From positions 131,409-195,408 of the forward strand of contig JACKGO010000001.1 of the NCBI GenBank assembly GCA_020631975.1: a stretch of DNA of 64,000 nt, in the 5' to 3' direction. Source of the stretch: Candidatus Nomurabacteria bacterium (lineage in GTDB: Bacteria > Patescibacteriota > Saccharimonadia > Saccharimonadales > CAIOMD01). The notes under the pieces were generated by a model that did not search any database, was not told the origin of the DNA, and saw nothing but the letters and a program-made list of their open reading frames with translations. Position numbers and translations under genes: made by a program. Below are positions 57,508-64,000 of this stretch, in pieces; position 1 is the first letter of the stretch; each line of letters opens with the position of its first letter.

Positions 57508-57777
57508 TTAAGATTGAGTAGTTCTTACTGACACTATGCCTAAAGCATTCTTTGATCTTCTTAGTAGTTTCTCTCTTTCTGCTAAAGTCATTCCACCCCA
57601 AACCCCAGGTGGGTTATCATTCTCGATCGCGTCTAATAAACATAAATCCCTAACCACGCACCCATCGCAGAATTCTTTAATAAAAGCTTTTTGCTCTCTT
57701 AGGTGACTATCAAATGGCCGATCATCAAATGTGCCGTCACAGGCTGCTTTAATGTGCCATGATAATATATTCGCCAT
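57508..57777 (-). CDS. WhiB-like (Wbl) Fe-S transcription factor
   Basis: Four Cys in the C-x(n)-CxxCxxxxxC pattern (AACDG ... FCDGCVVRDLC), then the GVWGG turn and a basic tail. Confidence 0.75.
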   Translation of the reverse strand: MANILSWHIKAACDGTFDDRPFDSHLREQKAFIKEFCDGCVVRDLCLLDAIENDNPPGVWGGMTLAEREKLLRRSKNALGIVSVRTTQS

Positions 57778-57891
57778 AAAGTCAATTATACAATAATAAT
57801 ATATATATTACAAAATTAACTTCATTTATGCGACGTTGCGCAAGCCTTTGAAAAAAGGTATACTACTACAGCTAAATCTATTAGCTATTAA

Positions 57892-57966
57892 TAGGGTGTG
57901 GCCAAGTGGTAAGGCACCAGGTTTTGGTCCTGGCATTCGGGGGTTCGAATCCCTCCACCCTAGCCA
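57892..57966 (+). tRNA. tRNA-Gln (anticodon TTG), CCA encoded
   Basis: Hand fold: acceptor TAGGGTG/CACCCTA, anticodon stem CCAGG/CCTGG with loop TTTTGGT, T arm GGGGG-TTCGAAT-CCCTC. Confidence 0.9.
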
Positions 57967-57990
57967 AATATTGCACCAAAGGAGACCCAG

Positions 57991-58701
57991 GTGTCCAAAG
58001 ATTTGATTATTAGAGACGATGTTATTTCATATCGAGAAATGTGTGATATTGAGAATGTACAGACTTTACAGCGAGGTATGAATTTCAGATTAAATCCTAA
58101 ATATTCAGTAGTCCTGATGTCGCAACGATCAAATGCTCAGTATACTGACAGGATTCATGATGATGGTATTACTGTAGAGTATGAAGGCCACGATGTTTCA
58201 AGAAAGACATATACTCATAATCCAAAGTTTGAAGATCAAATTGCCACACTTCCTTCTGGAAAACCAACGCAAAACGGCTTGTTTATTAAAGCTGTTAATA
58301 ATTTCAAAAAAGGTGGTGCAAAACCTGAGTTAGTTAAGATATACGAGAAAATATTACCTGGTGTTTGGTCGTTAAAAGGTGTCTTTGAGCTGATCGATTA
58401 TATGCAAGTTTTTGATAACGGGCGTAACGTCTATAGATTTATTCTAAAATTATCGAAAAACCAAAGTATAAATAATGATTTAGGCAATCAAGATATCGAG
58501 CATACCCGAGTTATTCCTAGTAGAGTAAAGCAAGAAGTATGGAAACGCGATAACGGACAGTGTGTTCTGTGTGGTTCATCAGAAAATCTCCACTTTGACC
58601 ATGAGTTACCTTTCTCAAAAGGGGGCACCAGTTTGACTTCGAAGAATATCAGGCTTTTATGTATGAAACACAACTTAGAAAAATCAGCGAAAATAGAATA
58701 A
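57991..58701 (+). CDS. HNH endonuclease with an N-terminal SRA/PUA-like reader-type domain (putative type IV, modification-dependent)
   Basis: C-terminus: CVLCGSSENLHFDHELPFSKGG..NIRLLCMKHNLEKS (HNH). N-terminus: QRGMNFRLNPKYSVVLMSQRSNAQYTDRIHDDGITVEYEGHD, tentatively SRA-like. Confidence 0.65.
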   Translation: MSKDLIIRDDVISYREMCDIENVQTLQRGMNFRLNPKYSVVLMSQRSNAQYTDRIHDDGITVEYEGHDVSRKTYTHNPKFEDQIATLPSGKPTQNGLFIKAVNNFKKGGAKPELVKIYEKILPGVWSLKGVFELIDYMQVFDNGRNVYRFILKLSKNQSINNDLGNQDIEHTRVIPSRVKQEVWKRDNGQCVLCGSSENLHFDHELPFSKGGTSLTSKNIRLLCMKHNLEKSAKIE

Positions 58702-58715
58702 TTAAACTAATTATC

Positions 58716-59159
58716 ATGAAAGATAATCAACTCAATAAAACAGAAGAACAAAGGATAACAATTGCTTTCGGGATCATAGCAACGACGATAGCTTTATTGG
58801 CATTTATTGATTCGGGATTTTGGAGTTTTTTTAAAGGCTTGTTTTCAATATCTGGAATTAGCGCATTTATTTATATATTGCTTACAGGCACTATACTTAA
58901 ATATAAAGATGAAAAATCATTCGGCTTTATGGAGGTACCAAGCAGGATAAGAGAAATGTTCTACGATTTATCAATAGATATTTATGGGAGTAATCTTATA
59001 TTGGTATTGACCTATATTGCGTACTACTTTATATCTGGTAGAAATTCTTCAAGTCCAGATAATATAGGGATTAAGTACTATTTTGTAGGTGCAGGGATTG
59101 CCCTATTGCTACTCGTTTTGTTCATATTTGTAGAAAAACGTCAAAACAGAAGAGAATAA
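58716..59159 (+). CDS. Hypothetical 4-TM membrane protein
   Basis: Start at MKDNQLNK, 15 nt after the HNH stop. AT-rich. Confidence 0.5.
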   Translation: MKDNQLNKTEEQRITIAFGIIATTIALLAFIDSGFWSFFKGLFSISGISAFIYILLTGTILKYKDEKSFGFMEVPSRIREMFYDLSIDIYGSNLILVLTYIAYYFISGRNSSSPDNIGIKYYFVGAGIALLLLVLFIFVEKRQNRRE

Positions 59160-59357
59160 TTTACTAGACCACAGAGCTCAGCCATAAAAAATATTCGGAC
59201 TATATGTTCGGCTTTTTTCTTGTAATACTTTGGTATAAATTTATACTATTTTAACGCGCGATGTGCTTCTGTATAAGAAGTAGGCAGATTAGCAGTGATA
59301 GTTTTGTCTATTTGCGGTGATATTGCGCATTCTTTCATTTAGTTATATTATTTGTTT

Positions 59358-59660
59358 ATGAATAAGCACAAGAATAAACATATAGGGTTTCACCATGTAG
59401 GGCTTATGGTAAGTGAATTTTTTATAACAGGTTTAATAGTATCATTTTTAACCAGTTTTACATTCTTGCTTATGGGCTTAATCGCGTTAAGTACTACTGT
59501 TGCGCTCACCTTTGCAGTAAAAACGGCAATACGTATATGGCGCCAATTACCAACTATACTTGGTTATGGTGATTTAACAGTCGCCAAAACCAAAAAAACA
59601 ACCCAGCATATTATAATTACTCCAGCACCAAAACGAGCCTCTAGCCGTTTGATGGTGTAA
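59358..59660 (+). CDS. Hypothetical 2-TM membrane protein
   Basis: ATG at 59358 (MNKHKNKH). Confidence 0.4.
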   Translation: MNKHKNKHIGFHHVGLMVSEFFITGLIVSFLTSFTFLLMGLIALSTTVALTFAVKTAIRIWRQLPTILGYGDLTVAKTKKTTQHIIITPAPKRASSRLMV

Positions 59661-59755
59661 ACACTTGGGTATTTATTAGCAGACAGTTCTTACCAACGCA
59701 TAAATACTTAATTAAATATTAGCTATTAAATAAACATGCCAATTATGATTTATAG

Positions 59756-60604
59756 TTAAATAGTCAGTTTTTTTCTTAACTTTTTTGATGATTTTTTAAA
59801 GTCAGACAAACGCAGACTATTTACCAGACCTGATCTACGGGGATTAACGACTTTTTTGCGTGGATTATTCACACCAAAGAGTGGTTTTAATCCGCTTGAA
59901 TGTTTGTGCGCCCAAGGGCTTAATCGCCCAGGAGTTATATGGATTTCTTCAACGTCATACGCTTCTAATGACCAAACGCCACAATTACCTATAAAATCTT
60001 TTTTACCTATAGGCTGAGTGTTCATGGCTGGTCCGACTCCGACTATAGTACCTTGTGGTACATAAAGACCATCTATGCTTGCGTCTTCTAGCATTAATGC
60101 CGTTGGCTCATCATGTGATTTCCTAAAGATAATTGGGACCTCGTCATAGAAGTAAACGCTCGTCCTACTTTGGCCCAGGTCTTCTGTATCATTAATTTGG
60201 TCTAGACAGTCTATAAAGCCAATTTCTGCCGCTGAGCAATAGCGATAATTAGTTTTTGCAGTTTCAGTCTGCAGAGTAGCTTCTGGCAGGTGTATTCCAA
60301 GTGAGGGTAAAAGTACCTTACCAACCAGACGTCTCACGCGGTTTGTAACTGGTGCTCCTTCTGCGATATCTTGGTATAAACTGCTTACTAAATGATGCGC
60401 CGGAAGAGGGAGTGCATTCGTATCTCGTCGTTCGTGACTATGTGGATAAGCATAGTCTAAAATTGCTTTCCCGAAATTGCGGTGAGATTCCCCTATTTTT
60501 TGCCATTCACCAATATTATTGGCAGCTATTTGTCTTTGCTTGCCTGAAAGTTTACGAAACCTTTCATATATCCTGTCTTCATTCATAACTAAATAACTGT
60601 ACAA
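59756..60604 (-). CDS. Hypothetical protein with a basic C-terminal tail
   Basis: 282-aa ORF; the alternative start MNEDRIY is at 60586. No motif recognised. Confidence 0.45.
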   Translation of the reverse strand: MYSYLVMNEDRIYERFRKLSGKQRQIAANNIGEWQKIGESHRNFGKAILDYAYPHSHERRDTNALPLPAHHLVSSLYQDIAEGAPVTNRVRRLVGKVLLPSLGIHLPEATLQTETAKTNYRYCSAAEIGFIDCLDQINDTEDLGQSRTSVYFYDEVPIIFRKSHDEPTALMLEDASIDGLYVPQGTIVGVGPAMNTQPIGKKDFIGNCGVWSLEAYDVEEIHITPGRLSPWAHKHSSGLKPLFGVNNPRKKVVNPRRSGLVNSLRLSDFKKSSKKLRKKLTI

Positions 60605-60841
60605 ACCACCATATTAAAAGTATATAATATAACAAAACAGTAATAATAACAAACTTACTACCTTAAAAGCACCCTCATTCCAGCCTAGTAAAAAAATTAT
60701 AAAAATACATAAATTTAACACGGTCGTCGTAAATATATGTATTTTGATTAAAGTAGGTGTTAAGGGTGGATGAAATGGTGTTATTTCTAAGTACCTTGCA
60801 AAAAAGTATAGAACTATTGGGAATACATATGTGAAGAATTA

Positions 60842-61267
60842 TTAACCTATTGTGGGCGGAGTGGTAGTTTGAGGCTCTGGCTGGTCAGGCGTAAGTGCGT
60901 CTATGACAAGTTTATCTATTTGATCCATAGACATATTGGCTTTGACCTGGTAACCAACTATGCCGAGTTGCCGTAGATTTGATGGTGCCTCTGTTTCGTT
61001 AAGGTTAGATACTACAAGTACCTTGATATTTTTACCCCAGCTACTGTTACGCATGGTTTCTAGTACTTGCCCACCACTTATATCTGGAATCATTAGGTCT
61101 AGCAGTACTAAATCTGGTATTTCTTTTTGAATAAAATAAAGTGCCGTAATACCGTTATATGCTATATAGCATTGAAAGCCGAGCAGCTCTAACCGAGTGC
61201 GATATATTTCTGCTAGATCCATGTTATCTTCTACAATGATGATTTTTTTAGGTGATGTGGTATCCAT
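60842..61267 (-). CDS. Orphan receiver-only response regulator
   Basis: IIIVEDN and LVLLDLMIPDISG, with a Pro/Thr-rich tail. No kinase gene is adjacent. Confidence 0.8.
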   Translation of the reverse strand: MDTTSPKKIIIVEDNMDLAEIYRTRLELLGFQCYIAYNGITALYFIQKEIPDLVLLDLMIPDISGGQVLETMRNSSWGKNIKVLVVSNLNETEAPSNLRQLGIVGYQVKANMSMDQIDKLVIDALTPDQPEPQTTTPPTIG

Positions 61268-61400
61268 GATAGTGCTTATTATAAACGACAGGTTACTGAC
61301 TTACCACCGCAACTACTAGCGCTTGTGCTTGGCTAGCGCCACAATTAATGGTATAAATAGCCTGACACAAATTGTGTTGTACTCCTACCTATGTTAGGCG

Positions 61401-61652
61401 GTGGTTCTGGTGCCAAGAAGTACCAGCACGCTGTATGATGTTTTTCACGACAACAGTTGTACTTCAGCGATGCGTATGCGCATCACCGACCAAGTGATGC
61501 AACGAGCGCTTGCAGGCCACAAAAATTATAAGAAGAACGTGGCCAAGGCTTTCCGGGAACGAGTCAAGAAAGATTACGGCTCGGACCCAGGGTGGGTCGA
61601 ATTCAGTGATCTGGACTTTGTCGTCATCCGAGAGCTAGACGCTGAAGTCTAG
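61401..61652 (+). CDS. Hypothetical small protein (GC-rich)
   Basis: ORF only. Start uncertain (GTG 61401 or ATG 61470). Followed by hairpin GGCCGA-gcaa-TCGGCC at 61675-61690. Confidence 0.35.
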   Translation: MVLVPRSTSTLYDVFHDNSCTSAMRMRITDQVMQRALAGHKNYKKNVAKAFRERVKKDYGSDPGWVEFSDLDFVVIRELDAEV

Positions 61653-61755
61653 CACAGAGTACGGGTTATAGGGCGGCCGAGCAATCGGCCCCCTACCCTC
61701 TATATATATTTTTTGGCAAAACTATCATACATATAAACAAAAACTATTAAGTGAT

Positions 61756-62085
61756 ATGATTATACAAATGAATACACTACTTTCTCCATACGGAAGAATC
61801 AACAGGGCTACGTATTGGAAGACTATCATCGTACTTTATGTGGGCTATTTATTGGCAGTGTTTTTAGCTGCGATGGTGCTTGAATCTAATGTTAATGATG
61901 CAGCTGTCTTCATGGCTGTGATAGGTTTAATATTTTTAGCGTTCGCCTATTTTTATGTTAGTTTGGTACTGTTCTTAAAACGTGGCCGTGATGCCGGCAA
62001 TGCAGTGTTGTGGGCGGCGATAGGCCTGATAGTGCCATTTGGTTTTATTATCGTTGGTATTTTACCGTCTAAAAAAACACTGTAG
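61756..62085 (+). CDS. DUF805 family membrane protein
   Basis: GRINRATYW and LKRGRDAGN, with three TM segments. Confidence 0.7.
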   Translation: MIIQMNTLLSPYGRINRATYWKTIIVLYVGYLLAVFLAAMVLESNVNDAAVFMAVIGLIFLAFAYFYVSLVLFLKRGRDAGNAVLWAAIGLIVPFGFIIVGILPSKKTL

Positions 62086-62241
62086 TATCGTTGATTCAAA
62101 GGGTTACATGCTCATGCTTTATGTGGTATAATTTTACCTAGATATTCTTTGTGGAGGGGAATCATAAAAACTACAAATATTAATCGTAAAAAAATACGAA
62201 AATTGTATACATCTATCAAGAGGTCTATACAGCACTTTAGC

Positions 62242-64000
62242 ATGTTATTTTTACGGTATTTTAGTGTAGCGATTATTAAATCGTATGTACTTATAGCCAA
62301 GTGTATAAGCTATATACGACTCCATTACACAAAACCTCTTCGCGCCAAGTTGCTTGTTCGTTACCCTGCTTTGCAAAAGTGGGATACATGGAAGTTCAGA
62401 CCACACACCAGAAATGCTACGGGTATACTGAGCGCTTTTTTAATAGTGACACTCCTTATGCAGTCACCGCTGCGGGCTGCTCCAGATATTTTGCACGATT
62501 GGGATCTTACCAACGCTGCAGACTATAGTTACGACGATGGGATAGAAGTTGTATCTGGCGCAGCTCGCTTAAAAGCCCAAAATTATACTAGTGACGCACA
62601 AACAAATGCTTTGTATCATTTTGATGAGTCTGGGGGTGCATTTATAGGAGACAGCTCTAGTAATGCCAACAATGCAACACTCAGTAATGGTAACTTTGCA
62701 TCGGGCAATCTAAATAACGCAGTTAGTTTAAACGGTACAGACACTAGTATCTCTGTGCCGAATAGTCCGAGTTTACAGCTTGGGCAACAGCAAAGTATCG
62801 AAAGCTGGGTAAAGTTCAATAATAATTTTACTGTAAGTAGTAGCGATAGGCGCAATGCTGTCATAGACAAAGGTGACTACCAAGTGTATTTTGATAATGA
62901 AACTGGTAAATTAACGTATGAGCTAGCAAATGCAAATGCTACAGACTGGACACAAGCAGGTGGTGGCTGGAATGTCGGTGGCAAACGGTTGGTATCTAGT
63001 ACGGTGGCCATTGGTAACACGGTCTATGCTGGTATCGGTAATAGTGTTTCCGATGCTGAAGTATGGCGGTGGGACGGAGCTGCATGGACGATGATTGGTG
63101 GCGATGGCATCAATAATGGTTGGGTTGACCAGACCTTTGAAGAAGTAACCTCGCTTGCTACAGATGGAACAAATATTTACGCTGGGCTTGGTAACACAGC
63201 TGGCGATGGCGAAGTTTGGGTGTGGAACGGTAGCTCTTGGACGAAAATCGGTGGCGACGGTATCAATAGTGGTTGGGGAGCATCTACTTTTGAGAACGTC
63301 CCTTCCCTACGCTTTGTAAACAGCCAGTTATATGCAGGGCTTGGTGCGAGTGCTAACGACGCAGAAGTATGGCGCTGGAACGGTAGCTCTTGGACGAAAA
63401 TCGGTGGCGACGGCATCAATAGTGGCTGGGCTGGTGGTTACGAAAGTGTTTATGCGTTAACAGACGATGGAACGAACATATATGCTGGGCTTGGTAATTC
63501 TACAGGCGACGCAGAAGTATGGCGTTGGAACGGTAGCTCTTGGACGAAAATCGGTGGCGATGGGGTAAGTAGCAGCTGGAATACAAGTTACGAATCAGTG
63601 CGCTCGCTTAGCTACATGGGTGGTCAGCTTTATGCAGGCATAGGTGACGGCACGACAGACGCAGAAGTCTGGAAATATAACGGTACAACCTGGAGCCAAA
63701 TCGGTGGCGACGGTGTAAGTGGCAGCTGGAATACAAATTACGAATCAGTATATAGCTTGGCGAATGATGGGTCAGTATTATATGCCGGTCTAGGCAGTGG
63801 AAATGGCGATGGTGAGCTATGGGAGTATAACGGTACAACCTGGAGCCAAATCGGTGGCGATGGTGTAAACAGTAGTTGGTCCACTAACGAAGGTGACAGC
63901 GTATTTGCCCTTACGTCTAGTATGGGTAAGGTTTATGCTGGTTTATATGACGCCAGAGGTGGTGGTTATTTATATTCGTACAATGGTAGTAGCTGGACAG
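62242..64000 (+). CDS. Large secreted/surface protein: LamG-like domain followed by tandem roughly 50-aa propeller-type repeats; 3' end beyond the window
   Basis: Own translation of the frame with codons at 62242, 62245 and so on; it is open from 62095 to 64000. Signal-like GILSAFLIVTLLMQSPLRAAP. LamG-like NAVSLNGTDTSISVPNSPSLQLGQQQSIESWVKF. At least 7 repeats of YAGLG..DAEVWRWNGSSWTKIGGDG. Start codon uncertain (ATG 62242, TTG 62203/62350/62371). Confidence 0.7.
   Translation, partial: MLFLRYFSVAIIKSYVLIAKCISYIRLHYTKPLRAKLLVRYPALQKWDTWKFRPHTRNATGILSAFLIVTLLMQSPLRAAPDILHDWDLTNAADYSYDDGIEVVSGAARLKAQNYTSDAQTNALYHFDESGGAFIGDSSSNANNATLSNGNFASGNLNNAVSLNGTDTSISVPNSPSLQLGQQQSIESWVKFNNNFTVSSSDRRNAVIDKGDYQVYFDNETGKLTYELANANATDWTQAGGGWNVGGKRLVSSTVAIGNTVYAGIGNSVSDAEVWRWDGAAWTMIGGDGINNGWVDQTFEEVTSLATDGTNIYAGLGNTAGDGEVWVWNGSSWTKIGGDGINSGWGASTFENVPSLRFVNSQLYAGLGASANDAEVWRWNGSSWTKIGGDGINSGWAGGYESVYALTDDGTNIYAGLGNSTGDAEVWRWNGSSWTKIGGDGVSSSWNTSYESVRSLSYMGGQLYAGIGDGTTDAEVWKYNGTTWSQIGGDGVSGSWNTNYESVYSLANDGSVLYAGLGSGNGDGELWEYNGTTWSQIGGDGVNSSWSTNEGDSVFALTSSMGKVYAGLYDARGGGYLYSYNGSSWT
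63023..64000 (+). repeat. Coding tandem repeat, period 150-153 nt, at least 6.5 copies
   Basis: Exact 38-nt block tggaacggtagctcttggacgaaaatcggtggcgacgg at 63223 and 63376, with 35 of the 38 nt repeated again at 63526. Exact 35-nt block tataacggtacaacctggagccaaatcggtggcga at 63676 and 63826. Confidence 0.85.

Noticed and set aside
57967-61400. Search for att-type direct repeats of the tRNA-Gln 3' end and for an integrase to delimit a mobile island
   Set aside because: Only weak partial matches (for example caccct..agcc near 60680 and ccctaccctc near 61692) and no recombinase gene. I therefore do not call a mobile element.
62112-62528. ORFs 62112-62300 (minus) and 62301-62528 (plus) from the track
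   Set aside because: Both overlap, in another frame or strand, the open frame that leads into the LamG surface protein. Their products lack features. The plus-strand ORF is kept only as a frame-switch possibility in the findings.
63023-64000. Regular 150-nt periodicity that could superficially suggest a CRISPR or satellite array
   Set aside because: The period is too long, there are no short repeat/spacer units, and the whole region is one open reading frame with a conserved protein repeat.

Overview
Dense 64-kb bacterial chromosomal window, moderately AT-rich, with about 70 protein genes, two tRNAs (Leu-CAA, Gln-TTG) and several promoter and terminator signals. I found no rRNA, CRISPR array, transposase or integrase. 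Gene content points to a reduced-genome, Gram-positive-type lineage, possibly Candidatus Saccharibacteria/CPR living with Actinobacteria; this is inference only. It rests on a sortase, a PEGA protein, DUF5665/DUF475/DUF3048/DUF805 proteins, receiver-only response regulators, and Actinobacteria-like genes (GTP-PEPCK, WhiB, Abhydrolase_9). Recognisable housekeeping genes are gltX, smpB, rsmG, rarA, xth, pyrD and pckG, together with transporters (APC, MFS, AAEx, ClC-like, MIP, MscS, TRIC). The most unusual item is at 1952-4246. A complete LexA repressor (wHTH plus S24 autopeptidase with Ala-Gly site and Ser/Lys dyad) is fused in frame to a beta-class N6/N4 DNA methyltransferase. A candidate PD-(D/E)XK restriction endonuclease gene lies convergent to it, and the two 3' ends overlap by 42 bp. 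This suggests a restriction-modification module wired to the SOS response. Other leads: (1) a GC-rich island (13.7-17.7 kb) carrying pckG; (2) a Pif1-helicase/NYN cassette; (3) an orphan transcription unit with a consensus promoter, structured leader and 15-aa hydrophobic ORF; (4) a promoter-to-terminator sRNA candidate; (5) a frameshifted dCMP deaminase; (6) a WhiB-like gene; (7) a low-GC islet next to tRNA-Gln encoding a putative modification-dependent HNH nuclease; (8) a truncated LamG surface protein built from roughly 150-nt tandem modules. All function calls come from reading motifs by eye. No database search was possible.
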